Shown here: piece after piece, positions 13,062 through 25,389 of the stretch
Numbering within the stretch: the stretch's first letter is position 1
How the letters are laid out: each line of letters opens with the position of its first letter
Assembly: GCA_951406725.2 (NCBI GenBank)
Contig: OX597831.1
Location: 61,256,001-61,320,000, forward strand
Direction of reading: 5' to 3'
Source of the DNA: Octopus vulgaris
Lineage: Eukaryota
DNA: 64,000 nucleotides
Notes under the pieces: generated by a model
Told to the model about the DNA's origin: nothing
The model's database searches: none
The model's input: only the letters and a program-made list of their open reading frames with translations
Program-made: the position numbers and the translations under genes

Positions 13062-13360
13062 TAAGTACTAGTTGTGCACAGATGTAATCGACTAGCACCT
13101 CCCTTAAATTTCTAGGCCCCGTGCTTACAGAAGAAAGGATTATTATTAACATTATTATTACTCTTTTACTATTTTACTTGTTTCAGTCATTTGACTGCGG
13201 CCATGCTGGAGCACCGCCTTTTAGTCGAGCAAATCGACCCCAGGACTTATTCTTTGTAAGCCTAGTACTTATTCTATCGGTTTCTCTTTTGCCGAACCGC
13301 TAAGATACGGGGACGTAAACACACCAGCATCGGTTGTCAAGCGATGTTGGGGACAAACAC
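13062..13360. mobile_element. SINE B-type tail (+, 13062-13150) abutting SINE A 3' half (-, 13159-13360)
   Basis: Similarity to other copies in this window. Confidence 0.75.
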
Positions 13361-13438
13361 AGACACACAAACACACACACACACACACTCACACACAAAC
13401 ACACACACACAAACACACACACACACACAAACACACAA

Positions 13439-13489
<51 letters not shown>

Positions 13490-14614
13490 CATATACATTT
13501 AGAGACAGACAGACGAAAGGACGGACGGACGGACGGATGGATGGACGGATGAATAGATGGATTGATGGGTTTATAGATAAATAGATAGTTAGACAAACAG
13601 ATGCATTTATTTATACGTACAAACCCACACACTCAGAGTTGTGTATGTATCTGAGTCTGTGCTGTGTGTGTGCGCGTGTGTGTGTATGTGTGTTTGGGGA
13701 TGTGTGGGTGTACCCTCTCACGAATTCATCCGAAGAAATTTGTTAATATATCTGCGTAAATATTATGCTTAAAATTTTATCGCAATTTATTACATGTAAC
13801 ACCGATCAAAGAAAGTCTGATGGCGCACATTTTCTGCGATAGCTCGTTTCTTTCCACATAACCATGACTACTTTCCGTATTCTGAAGTTAATGCGAAAAT
13901 TCCTTACATAAATTTTTATCAATCAGTTTTGTAGCTCGTTACTACATAATTTGTTGTCAATCCTATGATAATTGTACATTAATAAATTTTCATGTTATAA
14001 TGAAAAATTATCTAAACCTCAAATCTCCTCTATGTCGATTTCTTCCATTAAAAGAGCTTACAAAAAGATGGGGGCCTCGTGTGTTTCAATAACATTTACT
14101 ACATTCACCATAAAACTATAGTTTATTACTGTAATCGATTATATTTCTAGCACTGATGCTATCTTCTGTCAAAAATATATATTTCGCAGACATAACAAAT
14201 TTTGCGCCTGTAAATTCTGCTGTTGTTCTTACTCAAAGACTATACGGAATTATCATACATAACAATTAAATCCATTGCCACACCAGTTGTATTCTTTTCT
14301 TGTTTCTTAAGTCGTGACAAAGTTTTAACTCAAAAGATGTATACTATACACTAAACAACAACCTATTTAAGTAAAATATTATATTACTTTCAGCTAATCC
14401 TATTATAAACGCCATAATACCTGGCCTGTGTCTCTAAAGCAGACGATGTTTTGATAATTTTGCGAATTCTCTGTGTGCGCACGCACATCCACACACACAC
14501 ACACAGTGACATTTAGACATACCCTATGCGTACGTGTACGATCGTGTGAATGAGTGTGTGTATGTATGTATACATACATATATACATATACATATAATAC
14601 ATATGTTTGTACCT

Positions 14615-15110
14615 CCCCCTCCCCCTATTCTCCTCTCTCTACACTACACCATACGACTTTACACATCACATCATATTTACATACACACGTCCAGACCTCT
14701 CATACGCACTAATACTCTCTCATACACACACACACACACTCTTCTCATACACACACACACACTCTTATGTTGGAGTGAGGTCATTCAACCCTATTATCTC
14801 CCCTAATTTCGCTCTTGCGTCTCATGTTTGATCTTTGACTTCTGGCCGAAATCAGATCGCCATGTTGATTCGCTAGCTTCTGCATGCATATTTTTTTTCT
14901 CTCCTTCTTTCTGTGTTTTTTCTCTGTGTTTTTTCTCTGTGTATCTTTCTGTTGAAGAGCGTAGGCTCGAAACGTTAAAGACTTGTTTTATTTATATTTC
15001 CTGAGCGCCATACAAATACAATTGTTTGTTTGTATTCCACCTGCCTTCGTCTTTTGTTTATTTCCGTAAACCTGCCTTCGTCTTTTGTCTATTTTCATAA
15101 AGCTTCCCGT
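14615..15110 (+). mobile_element. PLE-derived repeat family C with hammerhead-like motif (14944-14981)
   Basis: TCTTT-CTGTTGA-A-GAGC GTAG GCTC-GAAA-CGTT-AAAGA; closely similar copy at 61670-62362; ends at (TA)n. Confidence 0.75.
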
Positions 15111-15147
<37 letters not shown>

Positions 15148-15223
15148 GTGTGTGTGTATAACTATATATACATACGTTTATATATTTGTAGATTTTTTTA
15201 TGTGAAGTCGTGTGTTGAAACAG

Positions 15224-15392
15224 ATATTGTTATATTTCGGAATAGTTATTTTGCCAGTATAGCCAATAAAAACACACGCACTATATATTTGGTGTTATTT
15301 TGCTTCAGTGTTACAAAAGAACACCAAATATATAGTGCGTGTGTTTTTATTGGCTATACTGGCAAAATGACCATTCCGAAATATAACAATAT
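15224..15392. repeat. Inverted repeat, ~73-bp arms, 23-bp spacer
   Basis: 15224-15296 is the near-perfect reverse complement of 15320-15392; single-arm homologue at ~54452-54535. Confidence 0.9.
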
Positions 15393-15401
15393 ATATATAT
15401 A

Positions 15402-15600
15402 GGGAGAGTTTACGAAAAAAACAAAGGACGAAGACAGGTGGTGTACAAAGCAAACAGATGTATTACTATAACGCTCAGGAATAGAAAAAGTCTTTTACGT
15501 TTCGAGCCTACGCTCTTCTACAGAAATGGACACAGAAAAATCAAGGAGAGAAACAAGGAGAGAAAAAATGTGTGTAGTGGCTAATGGTCTATCGTGGCGT
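15402..15600 (-). mobile_element. PLE pseudo-LTR-like repeat (family C) with hammerhead-like motif at 15491-15527
   Basis: Homologous to 11403-11550; inverted relative to 14940-15110. Confidence 0.7.
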
Positions 15601-15641
15601 CATATACATACATACATACATACATACATACATACATACAC

Positions 15642-15711
<70 letters not shown>

Positions 15712-15809
15712 ACAACGGGTAAAATTAATTAATTAAGAAGTAATCAGTAATTTCACCAAGTAGAATTCGGCATGAAAAGGACCATTTCATGGTAAGCTTA
15801 AGTAATACT

Positions 15810-16075
15810 TTATAATTAGGGTTCAGCAAAGATTTGCTTCACTACATACCGAAGTTTTGAAATAGCAGTCAAAAAATCTTAGCTATTCCTTCCACTTTTA
15901 TAGGGGCTCCTAGAAAAAACTAAAGTACTTGAAAACAATCGATATTAGGTTACCCACGTACGCGCGTTTCGGAATTAGATCGGCATAAAGTAGAAGGAAT
16001 AGCTAAGATTTTTTGACGACTATTTCTAAACTTCGGTATGTGGTGAAGCAAATCTTTGCTGAACCCTAATTATAA
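15810..16075. repeat. Inverted repeat, ~91-bp arms, within a microsatellite-flanked element (15712-16078)
   Basis: 15810-15901 versus 15985-16075 reverse-complementary with a few mismatches. Confidence 0.9.
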
Positions 16076-16080
16076 TGTAT

Positions 16081-16148
<68 letters not shown>

Positions 16149-16216
16149 GAGTAAACACATAAATGTGAAACAAGGTGGAAAGAAGAGTACTCAAATACCA
16201 TTGGTAGAGTAATATG

Positions 16217-16368
16217 CTTTATTTAAAGCAGCAGAAAATTCAACAAAACCTGTTACTCTGAGTTTCCCGTTGCCGTTCATCGGACCGTTTTTGCTAGAAT
16301 CTTGATGAACGGCAACGGGAAACTCAGAGTAACAGGTTTTGTTGAATTTTCTGCTGCTTTAAATAAAG
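16217..16368. repeat. Perfect inverted repeat, 65-bp arms, 22-bp spacer, hammerhead-like motif in each arm
   Basis: 16217-16281 is the exact reverse complement of 16304-16368; (T/C)(T/C)GATGA-ACG GCAA CGG-GAAA-CTCAGAG-TA; (TA)n on both sides of 16146-16368. Confidence 0.9.
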
Positions 16369-17009
16369 TATATATATATATATATGCGTATAAATGAGAG
16401 ATACGGACTTTGTAGTTTCTAGCTACCTGGCCTACTCTTTTCACTGCTGTCAGTTTACATTTTTCAAACAATTGGAGACTGACACTCGTATAGTACAAGC
16501 ATTTGTTACTAAAAAATATGATAAGTAACTTTTTTCTCCATGTCTCTTTCGTAGTGTCACCATTCTCAGGTTTCTCCAACATATGAAGTATGGTTTGTCT
16601 ACTTTTAGGAAACCGCTGTTCCTAATTGTGACTATATCGTTTTATTCCTGTCGCGTATTACGCCTAAGAATCGATTTTCCAGTATATTCATCAATTTTTT
16701 AAGATGGTAGGATATAATTTAATTGGAAATAAATTCGGTCGCTATTTGTAGCAATGCGTGGGGGTTTATATTCTTCATAGATGTATACAGAATAATTTCA
16801 ATGCTACATGAATCTCTTAGAAACATGACTTCAAAACAAAAGACATGAATTAACATTTGCTAAACCAACTATCTCAAATCTTCCTAAGAACACAAAGGAA
16901 CATCAAATTTCACAAATTATCACCTCCAACAACGTAAACGTGCGACACACTCGAGTGACAAATTGTTAGGAATTATATATAACATTCTTACAATATTCAA
17001 AACAAAGGT

Positions 17010-17895
17010 AAGGCGGCGAACTGGCAGAAACGTTAACACGTATTTCGTCTACCGCTACGTTCTGAGTTCAAATTCCGCCGAGGTCGACTTTGCCTTTCAT
17101 CCTTTCGGGGTCGATAAATTAAGTACCAGTTACGCACTGGGTCGATGTAATCGACTTAATCCCTTTGTCTGCCTTGTTTGTCCCCTCTATCTTTAGCCCT
17201 TTGTGGGCAATAAAGAAGTAAGAAACGTTAGCACGCCGGGCGAAATGCTTAGCCGTATTTCGTCTGCCGTTACGTTCTGAGTTCAAATTCCACCGAGGTC
17301 AACTTTGCCTTTCATCCTTTCGGGGTCGATAAATTAAGTACCAGCTACGCACTGGGTCGATGTAATCGACTTAATCCGTTTCTACCCTCTGTGTGTAGTC
17401 CCTTGTGGGTAGTAAAGAAATAGGTATTTCATCTGTCTCTACATTCTGAGTTCAAATTCCGCCGTGGTCGACTTTGCCTTTCATTCTTTCGGAGATCGAT
17501 AAATTAAGTACCAGTTGAGCATTGAGATGGATCTAATCGACTGGCCCCCTCCCCAAAAGTTTCGGGCCTTATGCCTAGAGTATTAAAGAATATACGAAAC
17601 ATAGGTAAAGGACCTAAAGAAAACAAAACTGTACACCACATTTAACCATCAGAAGAAAAAAACAATATTGAACAAACAATTTACGTTCTGAGTTCAAGTT
17701 CCGCCTAGGTCGACTGTGCTTATTATACTTTCGGGACCGAGCACTGGGGTCGATGTAATCGACTTTATTTCTCCCCGAAGTGCTGACCTTGTGCCAAAAT
17801 TTGAAACCAATATTAATTATACTAGCTTAGCGTCAGGTTCTGATTTCCAGTTCTGCCGAGGTCAACTTTACCTTTCATCCTTTCGGTGTTGATAT
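17010..17895 (+). mobile_element. Head-to-tail cluster of about five SINE B copies
   Basis: Repeated GTTCTGAGTTCAAATTCCGCCGAGGTCGACTTTGCCTTTCATCC-like blocks at ~17060, 17275, 17445, 17685, 17850. Confidence 0.9.
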
Positions 17896-18360
17896 TAATC
17901 AATATTAATTATGCTAGTCCTGTCTAGATTCCAGAACGGAAAGATACATAAGCAATGCATCTTTACGTCGATCAAAGCTATAAAATGGCCACATTTATAA
18001 GCCATCTCCACAACAAAACTAAAACACTCAAAAGTGAAGATCTCCAGATGATACAACGGCAAAGATTTCTGGCCACATCAAACTCCAACCGTCACACTAT
18101 CTGCTCTATATGCACAATCATCACTAACGCTTTGATGCATGCACATCTTCCACCATCACCAACCACACACACCAAAAACACAAAACGACTACAATACAAT
18201 TCCATAAACATTATCTCCACCTTTTAAACTATGTCAACATATAAATTCATGCACACAAAAATTAATTGTAACAATAATAAATATTACAGCCTTAAACTGA
18301 GTGTTGGAATAAACACCACCAGTCATGCGTACAGAGGAGCTATAACAGACTTGTAATCAG

Positions 18361-18765
18361 GCGCAGGAGTGGCTGTGTGGTAAGTGGCTTGCTTACCAAC
18401 CACATGGTCCCGGGTTCATTCTCACTGCGTGGCACCTTGAGCAAGTGTCTTCTACTATAGCCTCGGGCCGACCAAATCCTAGTGAGTGGATTTGGTAGAC
18501 GGAAACTGAAAGAAGCCCGTCATATATATGTATATATGTGTATGTGTGTGTGTATGTTCGTTTGTCACCCCAACATCGCTTGACAAACGATGCTGGTGTG
18601 TTTGCGTCCCCGTCACTTAGCGGTTCGGCAAAAGAGAAACCGATAGAATAAGTACTAGGCTTACAAAGAATAAGTCCTGGGGTCGATTTGCTCGACTAAA
18701 GGCGGTGCTCCAGCATGGCCGCATTCAATTGACTGAAACAAGTAAAAAGAGTAAAAGAAAGAGTA
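18361..18765 (+). mobile_element. SINE family A, full length
   Basis: Same head, body and tail as 6696-7116. Confidence 0.9.
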
Positions 18766-18884
18766 AGTGAAACTTGATCGACTCTCTTGTAGCTACCGGC
18801 ACAAACTACATGTATATGGAATATATATGTGTGTGTGTGTGTGTATGTATAATATATGCATATAGTATATATATATATATATGT

Positions 18885-18931
<47 letters not shown>

Positions 18932-19609
18932 TACATATATACATACACAAACATGTATATATGTATATGTATATATGTATGTATACATATATACACACAC
19001 TCATTCACACCATCGTACACGTATGCATAGAGTATGTCTAAATCTCAATGTGTGTGTATGTGCCTGCTCGACTAAAAGACGGTGCTCCAGCATGGCCGCA
19101 GTCAAATGACTGAAACAAGTAAAAGAGTAAAAAGAAAACAGAGTAAATGAAACTCGATCGACTTTCTTGTAGCAAACGGGCACAATCTACATGTATATAG
19201 AATTAAACTATACACAGTAAAGAAATTTAAGAACAGCATTTGCATCGTACAAGTATAAATATTAAGCACTTTGGATCGTTTTTCTACCAAATACGAACAC
19301 TAGCAAACACGAAATATTCCTATATAATGAAAATATATAGGCAGGAACTATTTCTATCAATTACGAATATTATATATAGAGGAATCATTTCATTCAAATG
19401 CAAATATATACGTGATTTATTGCTTTTATATAAATAGGATCTATTTATATAGAATACTAATGTTATGCGTTCAGGAAATATTTCTGTCATTAAGAGATAT
19501 TATTGTAGACGGGACATTATTTTTGCATTAGAGTATTTTACAACACAATGGATCTATGTTTACACACAAACTAATACCTAATTTTACGCTCAACACAATT
19601 TCTATGCAC

Positions 19610-19629
19610 TATATACATATATATATACA

Positions 19630-19680
<51 letters not shown>

Positions 19681-19688
19681 ATATATAT

Positions 19689-19721
<33 letters not shown>

Positions 19722-19808
19722 TATAAACATATATATATACATACATATATATACATATATATATATACACACATAAATATATATACATATATATATATAT
19801 ACATATAC

Positions 19809-19839
<31 letters not shown>

Positions 19840-19928
19840 CATATATATAGATATACATATACATATATATATACATATACATATATATATACATATACAT
19901 ATATATATATATTTTTATATATATATAC

Positions 19929-20014
<86 letters not shown>

Positions 20015-20019
20015 ATATT

Positions 20020-20052
<33 letters not shown>

Positions 20053-20129
20053 GGGAGAGAGTGTGTGCGTGTCAAAGAGAGATGCGTATATGTGTGCGTG
20101 ATGCATGCGCGCGCACGTACCTGTGTGTT

Positions 20130-20167
<38 letters not shown>

Positions 20168-20170
20168 AAG
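19610..20170. repeat. Long compound microsatellite (TA/TACA, TG, GA, GACA)
   Basis: Direct inspection. Confidence 0.95.
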
Positions 20171-21108
20171 GAAGGAGACAAAGAATCGATGCAAATCAAG
20201 TTTAATACTGGTTACAACTGTTTCAGTACGATTTCCTTTCGAATCAAGTTACATATAAATGATTGTGCATGACAAAATACACAATATCTGTGTAAATTTA
20301 GACACGGTTGAGTATGCATGAGTGGCGCTTCATCAGACTAGAACAACCGTGTGAATGGTTAGTTGTTAAATGACACCGGGTACTCCGGAAAGAAAGTCTT
20401 ATGGCTACTTAATGATTAACTCACCAATATATATCAGAGAGAGACTTAAAAATAAAACGTTACAGATTAAAAGTAAAAAAAAAATCCCAATGGTAGGAGT
20501 GGCTGTGTGGTAAGTAGCTTGCTTACGAACCAAATGGTTCCGGATTCAGTCCCTATGCGTGGTACCTTGGGCAAGTGTCTTCTACTATAGCCTCGGGCCG
20601 ACCAATTGAAGGGAAAGAGAGGAGAAAGAGAAAAAGAGGATAGGGTGAAGAGTAAGACAGAAAGAGGGATAAAGAAAGAGAGGGAGAGAGAGAGGGAAGC
20701 GGCCACAACGTAAGGTAGGTGGAACGTAATATTTATTAAGTGGTCATAAAAGTTAGTCCAAGGTAGCAAAAACGCAGGAGGAGAGTAAAAATATAATTTT
20801 AGCATAGGGGTGATGTTCTGATTGTGAGGCAAAAGAAAGGCAGAGAGAGGGGGAGGGAAAGAGAGAACAGAGAAAGAGAGGAGAGAGACGATGATGATGG
20901 AGACGGAGATCGAGGTGGTGGCGGATGTGATGGCGGTGGTGATTGGTTAGTGAAAAGTGTATATATTTTTTAATTGAACTAAGTTGTTCATATCTCCTGT
21001 CACTTAACGCATGCACATAAGTGCAAATTCCGTGAAATATTCACGATTGTTTACGTGGCAGATATTTGCAATTTAACTATCTTATGTACGGGATTATTTG
21101 TTTATGGG

Positions 21109-21217
21109 GAAGAAGAAGAAGAAGAAGAAGAAGAAGAAGAAGAAGAAGAAGAAGAAGAAGAAGAAGAAGAAGAAGAAGAAGAAGAAGAAGAAGAAGAAGA
21201 AGAAGAAGAAGAAGAAG
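21109..21217. repeat. (GAA)n microsatellite
   Basis: About 36 perfect units; source of the poly-R ORF. Confidence 0.95.
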
Positions 21218-21267
21218 ATCGAAAAATACATTAGGAATGAGAACCCAGGTTCAAAATTTCCCCAAGA

Positions 21268-21309
21268 CACCTGATGAAGGATGGAGGGTATATCAGCCGA
21301 AACGTTGTG
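21268..21309 (+). ncRNA. Minimal type I hammerhead-like motif in a short PLE-type repeat (21218-21375)
   Basis: CAC-CTGATGA-A-GGATG...CAGCC-GAAA-CGTT-GTG; palindromic AACGTT in place of helix III. Confidence 0.6.
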
Positions 21310-21580
21310 CTAACAACAAACAAGATTAGGACAAATATCCACCAAATGTAAATAATGTAAATAATGTAAAGAATGACGTTCATTCTGTTTTCTATCATTC
21401 ATATATTTATATAAACTCTTTAGATACTCTGGGCTTCCTGATGTATGTCCAGTCGCAAGCGCTTTTCTACTGTATGATGACATCAGGTAACGAATAACTG
21501 CGGACTAGCTTCGCATAGCATACTAACCGAATCTTATTTAAGACATGTACACACGCTCACACGCACATATATATTTACAT

Positions 21581-21781
21581 ACTCCTTTACTTGTTTCAGT
21601 CATTTGACTGCGGCCATGCTGGAGCACTGCCTTTAGTCGAGCAAATCGACCCCGGGACTTATTCTTTGTAAGCCCAGTACTTATTCTATCGGTCTTTTTG
21701 CCGAACCGCTAAGTGACGGGGACGTAAACGCACCAGCATCGGTTGTCAAGCAATGCTAGAGGGACAAACACAGACACATAA

Positions 21782-21858
<77 letters not shown>

Positions 21859-22027
21859 TACATATATACGACAGGTTTCTTTCAGTTTCCGTCTACCAAA
21901 TCCACTCACAAAGCTCTGGTTGGCCCGAGGCTATAGCAGAAGACACTTACCCAAGATGCCACGCAGTGGGACTGAACCCGGAACCTTGTGGTTGGTTAGC
22001 AAGCTACTTACCACACAGCCACTCCTG
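21581..22027 (-). mobile_element. SINE family A, full length
   Basis: Reverse complement of the family A sequence seen elsewhere in the window. Confidence 0.9.
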
Positions 22028-22619
22028 TGTGTGCTTATGTGTGTGTATGTGTGTGTATGTGTATGTGCACGCGTGTGTGCGTGTGTGTTAATGGATGGAT
22101 GCACTTTTGTGCGTGATAGATAATGTTTCTCTACTACATTGGCATCGCAGGCTAAAATTCTCTATTTCCACGTATTGTCAATGCGATAAACATTTCGATA
22201 TAGCGTGAGAAGGTGACATTACTTGTGTTCATAGCTCCCTCCTTTATTACTGGGTTTGAGAAAATTGATAGCATTCACCTTGATATTGTCCAAATCGATA
22301 TCTGAAAAGAACACACGGACAAAGTTGGAAGACACAGCAATTGAGCGCACTAAGTATGAATGATTTGATCCTTTTATATAAGTAGAACCAAACAGAAACC
22401 ATTTGAAATAATCTGTCTGTCAAGTGATATTAAAATATATGTTATATGAAGATAATGATCGTAAAATATCTGTAACATAATTTTAAATCTAGGTTATTAG
22501 TATCTGATGGAATGATCTGATATTGAGAATAATCTGCAATTTCATTAGCTACACATTTTGCTTCATATGCAACCAATTAACTACTGAACCGCTAATTAAT
22601 ATCACAGATGAAAAACTAA

Positions 22620-22862
22620 TGTTGTGTCTGGGGAGAGTAATTTTCTTTTTGTGCCTCATAATGTAACACACTCACCGGTAAAATTTACACTTATTTCTTA
22701 TTTTTATTTTCCTAAAATTTTCGTTGCGTCTTGCAACCTCTTCAATAGTCAGACACAACCAAAATGTTAGGAACATAAAAATATGAAATAAGTGGAAATT
22801 TGACCGGTTAGTGTGTTACAGTATAAGACACAAAAAGAAAATGACTCTCCCCAGACACAACA
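22620..22862. repeat. Inverted repeat, ~100-bp arms, with a hammerhead-like motif at the centre (minus, 22712-22748)
   Basis: 22620-22721 versus 22761-22862; centre reads TTGAAGA-G-GTTGC AAGAC GCAAC-GAAA-ATTT-TA on the minus strand. Confidence 0.85.
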
Positions 22863-23169
22863 GAATGTGCTTCAACACACGAACTCATATAAAGAATCTT
22901 GCAAACCAAATTCCAAAACGAAAAACCAATGATTATATTTTAAGTTCAATCCCAGTAAGAGATATTGACCTCATACACGATCGTTTTATCAGTTCATTCC
23001 ACAATAGTATCCACTTGTAAACAAATAATTCATATTGATTGTTTGTAACAGGTCAAGTCATCAAGTACTGCCATGATATCTGTTCGCCAACGTCGCATTA
23101 CTACGTCATAAAAGAATAGAATAATTTTCTGTTCTACAGAAAACAACCACCCAAATAAAATATTTTTTT

Positions 23170-23601
23170 TTTTTATTACTCACAAGGGGCTAAACATAGA
23201 GGGGACAAACAAGGACAGACAAAAGGATTAAGTCGATTACATCGACCTCGGGGCGTAATTGGTACTTAATTTATCGACCCCGAGAGGATGAAAGGCAAAG
23301 TCGACCTCGGCGGAATTTGAACTCAGAACGTAACGACAGACGAAATACCTATTTCTTTATTCTCAAATATATATTTCTTTACTACCCACAAGGGGTTAAA
23401 CATAGAGGGGACAAACAAGGACAGACAAAAGGATTAAGTCGATTACATCGACCCCAGTGCGAAACTGGTACTTTATTTATCGACCCGAAAGGATGAAAGG
23501 CAAAGTCGACCTCGGCGGAATTTGAACTCAGAATGTAACGACAGACGAAATACCGCTAAGCATTTCGCCCGGCGTGCTAACGACTCTGCCAGCTCACCGC
23601 C
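23170..23601 (-). mobile_element. Tandem SINE B dimer
   Basis: Two bodies and one head; junction GAAATACC|TATTTC at 23349/23350. Confidence 0.9.
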
Positions 23602-23702
23602 CTCCACCCAAATAAAATATATACTAATAATAATTTGTTTTGTAATTAGTAATGAGAAATATATATTCCCAAATTTAAAGTATAAAAACATGCATATACA
23701 CA

Positions 23703-24035
23703 GGTACAGGAGCGGCTGTGTGGTAAAAAGCTTGCTTGACAACGACATGGTCCCGGGTTCAGTCCCACTGCGTGGCACCTTGGGCAAGTGTCTTCTAGTA
23801 TAGCCTTGGGCCGACCAAAGACTTATGAGTAGATCTGGTAGACGGAAACTGAACGAAGCCCGTCGTATATGTGTCTGTGTCTGTCTGTCTGTGTTTGTTT
23901 CCCCCACCAAAGTACAAACACAGAAACCGTTAGAATAAGTACTAGGCTTACAAAGGATAAGTCCTGGGGTCGATTTGTTCGACTGAAGGCAGTGCCCCAT
24001 CATGGCCGCAGTCAAATGACTAAAAGATGTCAAAG
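23703..24035 (+). mobile_element. SINE family A, internally deleted
   Basis: Head and tail match family A. Confidence 0.85.
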
Positions 24036-24148
24036 AATGGAAGAATATATGTATACACACATATGCACACGCATATACACTCATCCAAAAATAGTCATGC
24101 TTCCATGTACATAAACTTGTATATATGAACGTGCGCGCACCACCACTC

Positions 24149-24196
<48 letters not shown>

Positions 24197-24289
24197 ATAT
24201 GGATGGATGGACGGACGGATGGATGGAAGATAGGAACAGTACCAAAACCTTGGCATGAGAATGGTATAATCCTCATTTATAAGAGAAAA

Positions 24290-25375
24290 CGAGCACGAGA
24301 TAAAGGTGGACATTCAAAAGGAATCACACTCGTACGCACTGCCGGCAAAATACATTCTGAGGTTCTCCTTGCACGGTTAAACGATAAGTTTTCACCGAAT
24401 GTTCTCCCAGAACCTCAATGTGGTTTCAGGCTGAATAAATGGGGCAATGGATATGATTTTTCCTGCTCGTCAGATGCAAGAAAAATGTCGAGAACAATAT
24501 CTATATGTAGTCCAAGCTGTTTGTTGATTTAACAAAGGCCTTTGATATAGTGGATAAGCATGCACTATGAGAGGTTTTGCATAAGCTGCCCAATACATTT
24601 CTTGAATAAAATATGATCTTTTCGTAATGACATAGATGCATTTAACGTTGGAGGTGTTCTTTCAGAATCTCTTTAAGTGGAAAATGGAGTGAAACAAGGA
24701 GATATTCTTGAACCGACGTTATTTTCTCTATACTTTTCGGTTGTGTTTGCCGATGCATTCAAAAATTGTATATATACAGAGAGTGTATATATATACTCAA
24801 TTTAGAAACACTGGTAAACTATTTCATTTGAAAACGTTCTTGGCAAAAACAAAGATGCGTACCTTTCTAACAAGCGATTTATTGTATGCAGATGACTGTA
24901 ATTCGGTAACACATTCAGTCGGTGTCATGCAGCACCTAACATCTGTTATATGGTCAGCTGAGTGTCAAAGAGACCTCAATGTAAACGAAACATGCTTTCA
25001 AAGATTTAGCAAGTAGTCTTCTAAATCATTTCAAAATGATGCAAACAAACTGGGAGAATGATGCAATGGACCGACCAAAATGGGGAGAAAAATCTGAGAA
25101 GGCTCTTCCTTGTTTGAAGATAATAAACAGAAACATGCACTTATAAAATGAGAGGCAAGAAAGGATTTGTATGTAGCCAATAATCCTTTTCTCCAAACTT
25201 GTGATATATGCAAGCATATTTGTCTCTCCCAAGCTGGATTGATTGGGCATAAGCGGAAGCATTTATTTAGACCCCATACTGACTTTTCACACTCACATTC
25301 TGATGAATTATCTTGTTTGTAATAAGGACTGCAGCAATAGATTTGGGTTGACAAGGCACATAAAGTGTCACAATA
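24290..25375 (+). mobile_element. Decayed RTE (BovB-like) LINE: RT fragments plus C-terminal zinc-finger-like motifs
   Basis: SKGITL...AGKI...LPEPQCGFR, DLTKAFD, GVKQGDILEPTLF, DLLYADD; 3' CDIC..ICLSQAGLIGHKRKH and CLVCNKDC.NRFGLTRHIKCH. Confidence 0.85.
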
Positions 25376-25389
25376 AAAATTTCCAGCAG

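Noticed and set aside
13720-14480. Possible decayed DNA-transposase sequence on the minus strand
   Set aside because: Only vague coding-like fragments with many stops; no motif or TIR could be supported.
17010-17895. CRISPR-like regularly recurring repeats
   Set aside because: Units are whole SINE bodies without unique spacers; eukaryotic context, no cas genes.
21066-21329. Poly-Arg protamine-like ORF
   Set aside because: Translation of (GAA)n running into a repeat.
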